54,692 bases of DNA from a virus (lineage: Duplodnaviria > Caudoviricetes). Shown piece after piece: positions 11,034-20,595 of this stretch (its first letter is position 1; every line of letters starts with the position of its first letter). The stretch spans positions 1 to 54,692 of IMG/VR virus record IMGVR_UViG_3300016464_000352. One strand, written 5' to 3'. The notes below the pieces were generated by a model. That model made no database searches. It was not told the DNA's origin and was given only the letters and a program-made list of their open reading frames with translations. Both the position numbers and the translations under genes were made by a program.

Positions 11034-11473
11034 TCACTATAATCTGTATTGATAATTTGTGGTTCGTCAGATACCCATCTATAAGATCGTTTGATTACCT
11101 TAACCTCTCCGATATTCACTATACCACTTTCATGAAGTTCAGAAACTACTTCAGGCCAAGTAGTTGCAGATAAAACAGTCTCTCCAAAAGTTGGACTTAC
11201 ATATATAAATTCTACTTTCATAATTTTACTATTTTTCTTCGCTAAAGTCAAGTTCCCAAGCCCAATGATCTGTTCTTCAATCTTCCATACATCCGCATCT
11301 TCATTTTGTTTTTGGCCGACCTAGTTTGCCACTGGTTCCAGAAATCAACTCTGATTACGGGATATGTATAATAATGCCACATGTACCGAATGTTTTTCGC
11401 CTTCTCTGCTCTGTTTTTCACTTTGTATTCTCTTTATGGTCTGCGTTCATCTACTGTCATAATTTTATTACTT

Positions 11474-11698
11474 TTATACGCTAATGTCAACTTCCCATGC
11501 CCAATGAACGGTTTTCCAATCTTCCAAACAATGTTCAAAGGTATAGTGTTCGTCTACATGTTCCTTACCAAATTTAACACACATTTTTTCATACCAATAA
11601 GGATAGTATGTTTCTCTTATTTCATCTTCCGAAACTGTAGTATCCCAACCCTTTTCTCCATCGAACTCACTGAATGTATAGTATCTCATTTTTACCAA
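11474..11698 (-). CDS. Hypothetical protein
   Basis: ORF ...YYPYWYEKM...CLEDWKTVHWAWE. Confidence 0.65.
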   Translation of the reverse strand: MVKMRYYTFSEFDGEKGWDTTVSEDEIRETYYPYWYEKMCVKFGKEHVDEHYTFEHCLEDWKTVHWAWEVDISV

Positions 11699-12021
11699 TT
11701 TTCAAGAAAATGTCCGGCAGGTGCGTTCTTCACCTTCTCGTAAAGATCACCGCTGAATATCCTACCATTATAATGAAATTTACCAGTCCTAACAAATCCA
11801 TCTTCTGATAAATCTTGCTGGACTATCACTTTAACTAAGGATTGAGCTTCTCGCCTAGTATAACCAGACACATACTGTCCATCTAATTCAGGATGTTTCC
11901 AGATGGTCCTAAGCAGATTACCGAACGAATCTTTCATTATTAAACTCCAGTTGTTTAACTACAGGCTTATTATAACACGCCCCTAGTTGAAAGTAAACCA
12001 TCCATGGAACTTTCGTTTGCT

Positions 12022-12312
12022 TTATTTAACTCCAAAATGTTCTTTGATTTGCGTAGAACGCCGATGTCCATTTAGTAACATCCAACTATTTTTCTCACAA
12101 GCAGTTACACATTCCTCTATTAGTAACTCAGCAAACTTTTTTTGTCTTTCTTCTAATAAAGATACTATAGAATGTCTTGTTTCCTTTGATAATTTATTCC
12201 ATTCTTCATGAATAATATCCAAATCTTCTCCTTCTGGACAAAGAACTTCTGCTATAATTTGATCCACATCAAATTCACATTTTAATGCTAAATTTTTAAT
12301 CTTTTCGTTCAT
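12022..12312 (-). CDS. MNEKIK/FAELII/IKEHFGVE family paralog 6
   Basis: Three shared motifs. Confidence 0.85.
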   Translation of the reverse strand: MNEKIKNLALKCEFDVDQIIAEVLCPEGEDLDIIHEEWNKLSKETRHSIVSLLEERQKKFAELLIEECVTACEKNSWMLLNGHRRSTQIKEHFGVK

Positions 12313-12581
12313 TCTTCAACTCCGAAATGTTCTTTTAATTCTTGAATCATTTGATAATAACATAAATCTCTAGTGATTGTCCATTGATCACCATTTTCTC
12401 CACTAGACCTTTTAGATTCAATTCTGTTAATACATTCTTGAATAATCAATTCAGCAAATTTCTCTGCACAACTCCAACTATCTGCTTCAATCGTTTCACC
12501 TAAATCTTCACCATTAACATTATGCAAATCGTAGAAATAGAAACCTGATTGTTCAGCAAGTGATTTGAGTTTTTCGTTCAT
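12309..12581 (-). CDS. MNEKIK/FAELII/IKEHFGVE family paralog 5
   Basis: Three shared motifs. Confidence 0.85.
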   Translation of the reverse strand: MNEKLKSLAEQSGFYFYDLHNVNGEDLGETIEADSWSCAEKFAELIIQECINRIESKRSSGENGDQWTITRDLCYYQMIQELKEHFGVEE

Positions 12582-12814
12582 TATTCAACTCCAAAATGTT
12601 CAAGAATCTCAGAACGACAAGTATAACCATCACCAGACATACCAAATCGTTCACATATATCGGCACATTCTTCAATAATCAATTCAGCAAACTTTTGTAA
12701 TTCTTCGTCTGACATACCCCAACTATTAAATGAACCTTGGGGAGTATAATAACCTAGTGGTATATAACCAGGAGGTTTTACAATCCGAAGAATTGTTTTA
12801 ATCTTTTCGTTCAT
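12581..12814 (-). CDS. MNEKIK/FAELII/IKEHFGVE family paralog 4
   Basis: Three shared motifs. Confidence 0.85.
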   Translation of the reverse strand: MNEKIKTILRIVKPPGYIPLGYYTPQGSFNSWGMSDEELQKFAELIIEECADICERFGMSGDGYTCRSEILEHFGVE

Positions 12815-13062
12815 TATTCAACTCCGAAATGTTCTTCAATCATCTTAGCAATCTCTGGCGGTGTTATTGGGTACCTGTCACCAAATGCAGGATTTCTGTA
12901 TCCACCATTTATAATAACCTTACTACATTCCCTGATAATCAATTCGGCGAACCTTATATCTCTTACTGTATTCCAGTCTGGATGATATTCTCCTGGCATC
13001 TGAATATATTCATCCGCATAATCATCTGCTAGTTCAGCAAGTTCTTTAATTCTTTCGTTCAT
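12814..13062 (-). CDS. MNEKIK/FAELII/IKEHFGVE family paralog 3
   Basis: Three shared motifs. Confidence 0.85.
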   Translation of the reverse strand: MNERIKELAELADDYADEYIQMPGEYHPDWNTVRDIRFAELIIRECSKVIINGGYRNPAFGDRYPITPPEIAKMIEEHFGVE

Positions 13063-13316
13063 TCCTCAACTCCGAAATGTTCTTTAATCATATTCATTGA
13101 TAATTTTCTTCCATATTCTTCTCTCATAGAAGTTAAATCTCCTTCTGGATTGAGAATATCAATACATTCCTTAATAATCAATTCAGCGAACTGATTCAGG
13201 TCCACCGTTTCTGAATCGATGTAATCAGGCGGTGGAGGTAGTATATGTCCTCTAAACTTCCTTATGTTTGGATGACCGCCTGACTTTATCGCAAGTTCTC
13301 TAATCTTTTCGTTCAT
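13059..13316 (-). CDS. MNEKIK/FAELII/IKEHFGVE family paralog 2
   Basis: Three shared motifs. Confidence 0.85.
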   Translation of the reverse strand: MNEKIRELAIKSGGHPNIRKFRGHILPPPPDYIDSETVDLNQFAELIIKECIDILNPEGDLTSMREEYGRKLSMNMIKEHFGVEE

Positions 13317-13543
13317 TATTCAACTCCAAAATGTTCTTTAATCTGTTTGATATGTTTTATGGAACGCAAATACTTTTCAGTATTATGCCCATCACGAGTA
13401 ATACCCATCTGAATAGTTAGAATACATTCTTGAATAATCAATTCAGCGAACTTATCAGCCCAAACATGAGTAGGCGGTTTCCAGTTACCTTCTTTTGTTA
13501 CTTCTCTAGCCTCAATCAATAGCTCTCTAATTCGTTCATTCAT
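13316..13543 (-). CDS. MNEKIK/FAELII/IKEHFGVE family paralog 1
   Basis: Three shared motifs; preceded by TTGACT-N17-TATAAT at 13580..13608. Confidence 0.85.
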   Translation of the reverse strand: MNERIRELLIEAREVTKEGNWKPPTHVWADKFAELIIQECILTIQMGITRDGHNTEKYLRSIKHIKQIKEHFGVE

Positions 13544-13653
13544 TGTTTGATTTTCCCTAAAATATCCCTTATATGATATATTATAGCAAGTAGATAGAAA
13601 AAAGTCAACTCTTTAACTTGCCTTTTATGTTCGGTGAAGATGATAAATACCTT

Positions 13654-14016
13654 ATGAAATTACATGAAGTTACTGATTATTTTACAGGAAGTGAGTTTGG
13701 AGATGACTCTGGGGCTAAATGGAAAGTAGAAAAAGTTATTGCTTTTGCTAAATCCAACCCAAAGTATTTTCATAAAAACTTTCCCTTATCCAAATTAATA
13801 CACGATCTAGAATGGTGGGAAGATAGTCCGGCACAGCGTGAACGTGTACGAAACGCCGATACTAGGTTTCCGTTACTAGTAATAAACGATAACGGTCATT
13901 TGTCAGTCGCAGACGGACTTAATAGAATGAAAAAGGCTGTTTCAATCGAAAACAAAAAACACATCGATGTTTATATTGTCCCGAAAAAAGACATTGCTAA
14001 ACTTCAAGAAGTATAA
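13654..14016 (+). CDS. ParB-N-like domain protein, probably late
   Basis: ADTRFPLLV...VADGLNR resembles ParB/Srx DG-x-HR motif; ATAAATA at 13643..13649. Confidence 0.5.
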   Translation: MKLHEVTDYFTGSEFGDDSGAKWKVEKVIAFAKSNPKYFHKNFPLSKLIHDLEWWEDSPAQRERVRNADTRFPLLVINDNGHLSVADGLNRMKKAVSIENKKHIDVYIVPKKDIAKLQEV

Positions 14017-14043
14017 GGTTTATATAGTTGAAATTGTTTTATA

Positions 14044-14415
14044 TTATTCACCTACTACTTTAATCTTGTAGCCTAGTAATTCTTCCAATTGAGTGACGGT
14101 AAGTTCCTTTGTCTGAGTTTTGGGATTGAACTTTTCTTCTGATATCAGTTTGTCGTTCAACCACCATTCTTTGTCGCCATTTGGACGCTCAATAGCTGGT
14201 CCATCCTCGCGATGAAGTAGTCCGTTCAACCACCACATTTTGGTTCCATCAACCCCTTCAATAGCAGGTCCGTCTTCCCTGTGGTATTTGCCATTCAGAT
14301 ACCATTCTTTGTCGCCATTTGCCCATTCAATGGCAGGTCCATCTTCGCGATGACGTTTTCCGTTTAACCGCCATTCAGTTTTATCTTTGGAAACTTGTAC
14401 TGTATATTCAATCAC
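14044..14415 (-). CDS. HREDGPA repeat protein (3 repeats)
   Basis: N-term nearly identical to 10641..11033, tail like 9891/10259. Confidence 0.85.
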   Translation of the reverse strand: MIEYTVQVSKDKTEWRLNGKRHREDGPAIEWANGDKEWYLNGKYHREDGPAIEGVDGTKMWWLNGLLHREDGPAIERPNGDKEWWLNDKLISEEKFNPKTQTKELTVTQLEELLGYKIKVVGE

Positions 14416-14546
14416 TTAATTTTCTCCGGAGGTTTTAGATAGTTCTGAGATACGTTCAGCAGCCATAAGTAATAACATCTTAAGAGCAAGATTATCTTGA
14501 GATTCACTAGCAATCTTCAAAGTCCTAATGAATTCTTCGTTACTCA

Positions 14547-14888
14547 TTACCATACCTCAACTTCTATAGTATATCCACCTTTCTCACAATCTTCAATCCA
14601 TTCATTAAGTACATTTACATGTACTTCGGAATAATTAATAGTTTTCTCTCCAATAGGGTTCCTTTCATTAAATATATCATCAGGTTCAAATATGTCGTAA
14701 GTATCCACGCAGTTTTTATCTAAAACCCATTGTTTATATGCTTCAACAGGGTTTTCTTTTTCTATAATATCATAAGATACTTTTGTCGGCGTTTGCCAAC
14801 AATCAAAATATATTTGTTCACTGGATTTTTCTCCAGTCTTTATTACCATAACTTCTCTTGTTGCGCTGATACGGATATTCATACTCAT
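14547..14888 (-). CDS. Hypothetical protein
   Basis: ORF, WQTPTKVS motif. Confidence 0.65.
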   Translation of the reverse strand: MSMNIRISATREVMVIKTGEKSSEQIYFDCWQTPTKVSYDIIEKENPVEAYKQWVLDKNCVDTYDIFEPDDIFNERNPIGEKTINYSEVHVNVLNEWIEDCEKGGYTIEVEVW

Positions 14889-14902
14889 GTTATATACCTA
14901 CC

Positions 14903-15208
14903 TTATACCATTTGAGATTCATCAAACTGCGGATATGTTATTACCGCTTCACACACCTGAACTTTTCCATTCTTAAAATACTTTCTCCACATATCACCAT
15001 GTTCCTCTCCGAACCCTTCTAGAGTAAACAGTATATCCGGCCATTTAATGGATACTTTCTTCATATCTTCAACATGACTATACCACTTACCATTAAGATA
15101 CCCATCTTCAAAATCATAATCAGCGATTTCCCGAATATAATCATAAACTTCCTGTTCGTCAACAGTATTAGTATCAAAACTCAATTCAAAATCAGTATAA
15201 TAACCCAT
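14903..15208 (-). CDS. Conserved phage hypothetical protein
   Basis: MGYYTDF...KWY...LEGFGEE...WRKYF motif. Confidence 0.7.
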   Translation of the reverse strand: MGYYTDFELSFDTNTVDEQEVYDYIREIADYDFEDGYLNGKWYSHVEDMKKVSIKWPDILFTLEGFGEEHGDMWRKYFKNGKVQVCEAVITYPQFDESQMV

Positions 15209-15701
15209 ATCAATTACCTCTCATTAAAATATATTATTCTATAGTATGCATCTAGATGCACTTCTCAACAGCCTTTTCTGTAAGATAAACCCTAACTATC
15301 TCAGTTCCAACTCTTATTACCCTCAGGGGTTTGAATCCCTGAATCAAACGGTTTCATTTTTGATTTTCCTTTAATTTTTTTAAACATTTAAGTGCCGAAT
15401 TACGAGTTTGATCTAGAGTAAATGTTGAATGTAAAAACCCTAATGAACATATACGAACTAAGCCGTCAGCTACTTGGCATAATCCAAAATGTATATTATT
15501 GATTCTTCCTAACTTATGCCGATTTCTTTCTATTTTCATGTTATTACTCCGTTTTTACAGGTATTTCTTCAATACACCAATCAACGGTAACATTTTGTGC
15601 CTTTTCTCTTTTTAATTCTTTCTCAGCTAATTCTTTAGTAGAGTATAAGCAATACTGAATATATGCACCAGTATTTGTATAATATCCTAATTCATAAACA
15701 A

Positions 15702-15995
15702 TCATTGTGTAACCTGTAAAAATACTGTACTTTTAATATACTCTGGAACAATTCTACCATAGGCGTCTCTGTTGGGTATTGCCAGTTCCATAAATATCAG
15801 ATTTTCTTTTACAAAGTCTGTTTGATATCTCATCACACTATTCATAAAATCTTCTGATGTACCGCAATTAAAGAAGTCAATAATCCCGTCTTTATAAGAT
15901 GCTTTACCAGAAGTCGTTCTAAATGCTAGCAGATACCTTAAATGAGTATCCACGCATTCTTCGATAATGAATTTGTTGAAGTAGTTGATTTTCAT
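15702..15995 (-). CDS. Hypothetical protein
   Basis: ORF track. Confidence 0.5.
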   Translation of the reverse strand: MKINYFNKFIIEECVDTHLRYLLAFRTTSGKASYKDGIIDFFNCGTSEDFMNSVMRYQTDFVKENLIFMELAIPNRDAYGRIVPEYIKSTVFLQVTQ

Positions 15996-16204
15996 TAAAT
16001 TTTCCTAGGAACAATCACAGATTCAAAAGTCCTAAAAGTTCTATCAAACTTTAACTCGTATAGTTCTTTTATACCAAGAAGTATATTTGAAATTTTATCG
16101 TGTGTTAATTCTTTTTCCATGACAGCTTCTAAAAGCGTATCAATGTCTTTGGTAACATTCCAGCAATCTAGGATTTCTTGTTCGAGATCGAAGCGCGTTT
16201 TCAT
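15995..16204 (-). CDS. Conserved phage hypothetical protein
   Basis: RFDLEQEILDCWNV motif; GGAGG RBS and promoter upstream. Confidence 0.7.
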   Translation of the reverse strand: MKTRFDLEQEILDCWNVTKDIDTLLEAVMEKELTHDKISNILLGIKELYELKFDRTFRTFESVIVPRKI

Positions 16205-16271
16205 AATTCCTCCAAAGTTTAGGTACAGGTATATTATACCTGAATTCTGAAAGAAGTAAAGCGCAGAAAAG

Positions 16272-16299
16272 AAAAATCCCTAGGAGTCTAGGGATTTTG
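16272..16299. terminator. Rho-independent terminator
   Basis: aaaatccctag-gagt-ctagggatttt hairpin with A/T flanks. Confidence 0.7.
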
Positions 16300-16422
16300 T
16301 TGAGAGCATTTCTTGAATTTCATAGGAACATTTATAACAATTGTTACATATATCTAGTTCCTGTAATTTTTCAATATTAATGTTAGGGTCAGAATCAATA
16401 ATAGTTTCTAATTCTTCTCTTG

Positions 16423-16635
16423 TTATTGCACTACAGATGCAGACATACATTTTACTGAATCCAGATATTCTCTATTTTTTAAGACTTGACTAGGTTGAAT
16501 GAATATACAACCACATTTATTACATAGTGTATATTCTGATACTAAAGGATATTTATTTCCTTCTAGAGTAAATTCTCCATCAAAACATATAGATTTTATA
16601 TCCACAGAATTACAGCTAACGCAAACACAACTCAT
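16423..16635 (-). CDS. MqsA/YgiT-type zinc-ribbon protein
   Basis: CVSC...F...CNKCG; start reassigned to MSCVCV. Confidence 0.55.
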   Translation of the reverse strand: MSCVCVSCNSVDIKSICFDGEFTLEGNKYPLVSEYTLCNKCGCIFIQPSQVLKNREYLDSVKCMSASVVQ

Positions 16636-17128
16636 TTTTTTTATTCCTATCAAATTTAATATTATGTTTATTCCTAAAATAAGAAACAATTGGTTGAATT
16701 AGAATTAATTCTACTCCAACGGATTTAGAAATATATTCGTCGTTATATCCATTAAGAACTAATTCTTCAATATCAATAGCAATAGCAGAAAAAATACCCA
16801 CAATTATCTCCAGTTAATTATTTCTTTTTCGGTAAAATCTCACCGTTTTCGTTAATATCAATTATACCAGCGTTTTCCAATCCATCTATCGTTTCATCAG
16901 CACCATATTTAAATCCTTGTCTGAACATATATTGTCCGTATATTATACCGGAAAGTATTATACTAGCAGTGAATATTACTGAATCTGTATCTAACGTCAT
17001 GGTAATTTTCTCCTTATTGATATTACGTTTAGTATTTATATATCTGCCGTATAAAAGCCGATTTTTCGTTGGATAAGAGGGAAATCGACGAAACCTCTTC
17101 ACAGCTCCCAAGGCGCGAGAGTTGTGGA

Positions 17129-17329
17129 TTATACCTTTTTCAAATTCCTATTCATAGTATAATTACTTTGAATCCTTATTTCGGTATTAGAGAAAGTCCA
17201 ACATTCTCCAGTATCATCTAGAAACACAACCCATTCTAAATTATGTTCCTGACTTCTATCTATTAAGAAATATGCCCAACCTTTTCCTTTGGGAGTATTT
17301 AATGGTATTGGAGGATTTAATTGTATCAT
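17129..17329 (-). CDS. Conserved phage hypothetical protein
   Basis: QLNPPIPLNTPKGKG...TGECWT motif. Confidence 0.7.
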   Translation of the reverse strand: MIQLNPPIPLNTPKGKGWAYFLIDRSQEHNLEWVVFLDDTGECWTFSNTEIRIQSNYTMNRNLKKV

Positions 17330-17829
17330 ACTAAAATTTTAAACACATTCATAGTAATTTCCCATGACTTATGTTGAAAACCTATACCTCCTTGTGAATT
17401 CCAATCTTCAATAACGCTAAATGAATCATCAATCATTACTTTATCAGGACCGGAATATAATTTCTTAAATCTTTTTCCAGGAACAAATATAGGAGCGTAA
17501 TCTATATCATGATTCTTTAACCATTCAAATTTTTGTTTTGCTATTTCTTCCCAATATTCTTCTTGTGCTGTGGACGATAGAATATACATAGGGCAAGCAA
17601 AATTCTCTTCCAGAAAATGTAAAGACGATTTAACATCTGGTAACATATCAAGAGTAGCAAATTGTCTGGTATCAACAAAGTTTTTGAAATTTTTTTTGTA
17701 ATCTTCTTTTATTTTATTATCAGACATATATGGATAATCTTCGATAATCTCGGAACCGTATAGGTCTTTATATCTTTTATGAAAATCACATAACACGCCA
17801 TCCATATCAATGTAAATCTCTTTAATCAT
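17326..17829 (-). CDS. 5'(3')-deoxyribonucleotidase-like HAD phosphatase
   Basis: IYIDMDGVLCDF motif I; MIDD motif IV. Confidence 0.85.
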   Translation of the reverse strand: MIKEIYIDMDGVLCDFHKRYKDLYGSEIIEDYPYMSDNKIKEDYKKNFKNFVDTRQFATLDMLPDVKSSLHFLEENFACPMYILSSTAQEEYWEEIAKQKFEWLKNHDIDYAPIFVPGKRFKKLYSGPDKVMIDDSFSVIEDWNSQGGIGFQHKSWEITMNVFKILV

Positions 17830-18167
17830 AATACTATTTCTTCACCTAATCTTGATTTAACATAACATCTAATTATAGCTTCTCTGGCTGTATGACCATA
17901 AGCTGTGTAATAAGTCGATATACCTATTTCATTCTTTACTGAAATTCCAGAAAGCCAAGAACCGTATGTATCATCATCTTTAAATCTAGCTTCCAGACAA
18001 AGTTTCTTTACATCAATTTCAAAAGTTTCTATCAGTTCTCCGAGTTTAGCCCATAGGTCAGGATAGTCTCTGAAATAAGTATCGTTTGGATAATCTATAT
18101 TATAAGCCATACGATAGGCTTCGTAAAGGTCATCTTTAGATAGGGTTTGGACTTTGAATTTAATCAT
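17826..18167 (-). CDS. NinX/DUF2591-like phage protein
   Basis: W...GELIE...GHTAREAIIRCYVKSRLGEE. Confidence 0.6.
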   Translation of the reverse strand: MIKFKVQTLSKDDLYEAYRMAYNIDYPNDTYFRDYPDLWAKLGELIETFEIDVKKLCLEARFKDDDTYGSWLSGISVKNEIGISTYYTAYGHTAREAIIRCYVKSRLGEEIVL

Positions 18168-18169
18168 AA

Positions 18170-18418
18170 CTAATATCCTGGGTTTACTTCTATTTCTATG
18201 GGTTCATCTGATTCGTTAATACCGAATCCTTTTATTGAAATTTGTTTTAGGATTCTTACTTGATATTTGTATCCTCGTTCAATATAAGCGAGGGCATCTC
18301 TATATTCCCATTCTTCTACGTTTTTCCATGGAGTCCATCTACAATATGTTACGGAATATTCACTAGAGTCAAACCACCTAACCTGATAGATAACCAAATC
18401 AGGAACCTCGTAACCCAT
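18170..18418 (-). CDS. Hypothetical protein
   Basis: ORF with GAGG RBS. Confidence 0.55.
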   Translation of the reverse strand: MGYEVPDLVIYQVRWFDSSEYSVTYCRWTPWKNVEEWEYRDALAYIERGYKYQVRILKQISIKGFGINESDEPIEIEVNPGY

Positions 18419-18436
18419 ATTTGTACCTCTAAATTA

Positions 18437-18795
18437 GTGGGGATTATTCTTTGATAAGGAAATCCCCGAAAACCTCACTTACGCAGCAATCGCGTAAGAA
18501 TAAACGTCATCGTTTGCGTTTAATTTGATTTACTTCTTCGGCCAGGAAATCCCTAACCCTAACGACTTTCATATTGCCGATTCTCCGCTGACCTTTACTA
18601 TCCCCTGTCGAAACCTGTCATCCCCATCAAAAGCACAGTGAGGTTCAGCCATAAGCCTATAGCGCTCTCTATTCCTACTGACACTATGCTTTTGGTGGAG
18701 ATGGGGGTATCGAAACCCCGTCCAAGGCGACCTATTTTGTCAACATCAACGAATATTTTATTAAGAGCCAAAGATATAATCAATGGCTCTTTATA
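18437..18795 (-). ncRNA. ssrA: Circularly permuted two-piece tmRNA (outer boundaries approximate)
   Basis: Acceptor piece GGGGTTTCGATACCCCCATCTCCACCA ends at 18693 and precedes GGGGATGACAGGTTTCGAC starting at 18625; GGGGATG/CATCTCC stem has G3:U; tag ORF downstream. Confidence 0.92.
18479..18517 (-). other. tmRNA tag reading frame ANDDVYSYAIAA*
   Basis: gca aac gat gac gtt tat tct tac gcg att gct gcg taa. Confidence 0.92.
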
Positions 18796-18799
18796 TTAT

Positions 18800-19042
18800 T
18801 TACTTACGCTTTGCGAAAGCACGATCAACTTTTGCTACCAATTCTTCATGATCTGCCTTAATAGTAGCATGGTCATTCATAATAGTAGTATGATCAGCAA
18901 CCACTTGCTTATGATCTGCTTCCATTGCAGTATGTTGAGTTTCTAGAGTAGTAACCCTAGCAGTTAGAGCAGTAACATCACCCTTACTAGCACAACCAAC
19001 AAAAGCGAACGCAAACATTACAGTTAGTACAATTTTCTTCAT
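18800..19042 (-). CDS. Lpp/OprI-like alanine-zipper lipoprotein
   Basis: Signal peptide with FVGC lipobox, heptad coiled coil, KVDRAFAKRK end. Confidence 0.7.
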   Translation of the reverse strand: MKKIVLTVMFAFAFVGCASKGDVTALTARVTTLETQHTAMEADHKQVVADHTTIMNDHATIKADHEELVAKVDRAFAKRK

Positions 19043-19131
19043 TTTTTACCTCATTTAGTTAATAATATATCCGCCAGTGACGAATTCTTTTAATCCATTC
19101 TATAAACTACCATACACCAACATCAGATTTT

Positions 19132-19485
19132 TTAACCTCCTGTCGGTTTCATCTTTAATCCTAAAGCCTGTTTAGCAAAATCAACAAAACTATCAATATC
19201 TGTTATTATATACTTAACCCCATCATATTCAACTATATATTCATTTTCTCTACCCCAACCTTTTCTATCATACAAATACCAAGAAACCCAATCATATAAT
19301 TCTTCTCCAAATATAATTTTCTGAAGGTATTCATTCTGATGTTGGACTATATTTATATATTCATTATCACAAATTAGTGAAGTTAAATCTAAACGAATCT
19401 TAGATAATTCATCAAAATATTTATTATTGATGTTTATATCTTGCTGTAATCTAGTGACAATATCTTTAAAATCTTCGATATACAT
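19132..19485 (-). CDS. Hypothetical protein
   Basis: ORF, DWVSWYLYD motif. Confidence 0.6.
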   Translation of the reverse strand: MYIEDFKDIVTRLQQDININNKYFDELSKIRLDLTSLICDNEYINIVQHQNEYLQKIIFGEELYDWVSWYLYDRKGWGRENEYIVEYDGVKYIITDIDSFVDFAKQALGLKMKPTGG

Positions 19486-19838
19486 AATCTAATCCATCAT
19501 ACTTAACATTTTCTCCATCTTAACATTTCTATTATCAACTACGCTTAAATTTGAACCCACAGCGCCTAGGAAAGTATTCAACCTCTTTGCTAGAATTGTA
19601 TCAAAATCGTCTCCGCAATCAAACCTAATAGAAATGTCCTGAAGAGTATCGCGATTTTCGTCTCTCTCGTCAAAATTAAAAGAAAAAGAATTATTCATAA
19701 ATTAAACTCCAAAATAAGAAAGTATCAAATTAAATACAAAATAAGAAAAAAACATCCAAGCTCCCCAGGCTTTGTTACCCATCTCTTCAAGAAGAGGAAG
19801 ATTAAGATAACCAAATATCAATACTAAAAATATAGAAA

Positions 19839-20141
19839 TTATTTGGCCCATTTACATACTTCCTTCATAGGAACAAACATCAGGTAAGTATGTGTATGAT
19901 GATAAACGATCACAGGTTCGCAAAAAGGTACATCGTTATTCATAAATACAGCTTTCTTAGTAGTATAAACTTCTTCTCTCATAGTTTTAGCACTAGCACC
20001 CATCTCGTAAAATTTACGAAATGAATATTTCCTCAACTGATCTTCAACGTCAGTTTTGCCTGTTTCCACGACATCAAAAATAGAATACCTGCAATCTATG
20101 TTACCAGGATTTCCTCTACCTTTCAACACCAAGAACTTCAT
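19839..20141 (-). CDS. Hypothetical protein
   Basis: ORF with GAGG RBS and early promoter. Confidence 0.6.
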   Translation of the reverse strand: MKFLVLKGRGNPGNIDCRYSIFDVVETGKTDVEDQLRKYSFRKFYEMGASAKTMREEVYTTKKAVFMNNDVPFCEPVIVYHHTHTYLMFVPMKEVCKWAK

Positions 20142-20595
20142 TTTTTACCTCTTTAAATTTAACATCCAGAGCTATTATACTCGGTTTCGCTGGAAAGTAA
20201 AGCCTCTTCTTCTTTCCAAGAATTATATACATCATCAAATGCCGGATCGATTGATAATAATTCTCTAGGATCAATAGATTTGGATTTAATTACCTCGCCC
20301 AGAATAGATTTATATATAATTTTCCTAGAATCATATTCTAAACCTCCGCATCCACTGATCTCGTATATGATCATAGAAAAACTGTTAATCATTTACAGAT
20401 TCCCATCCTTTTTCGGTTTTTGTTTGGTTTCTCCATTTTTTAATAAATAAAGATCCAAAACAAATAACAACAAAAGAAGCAAGACCGTGTAATCCAGAAT
20501 CGTTAAGAGGAATATCAATATGATGCGAAAACCAATTAACAGAAATAAAGATACCAAGAAAGATCAAACATATTCCAAAAATTAAATTAAACATT

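Noticed and set aside
6853-14415. Diversity-generating retroelement
   Set aside because: No reverse transcriptase in the window and repeat differences are not evidently adenine-specific
18598-18946. ORFs 18598..18783 and 18638..18946, or a stand-alone tRNA
   Set aside because: They overlap the tmRNA and lipoprotein gene; the tRNA-like arm has no anticodon arm
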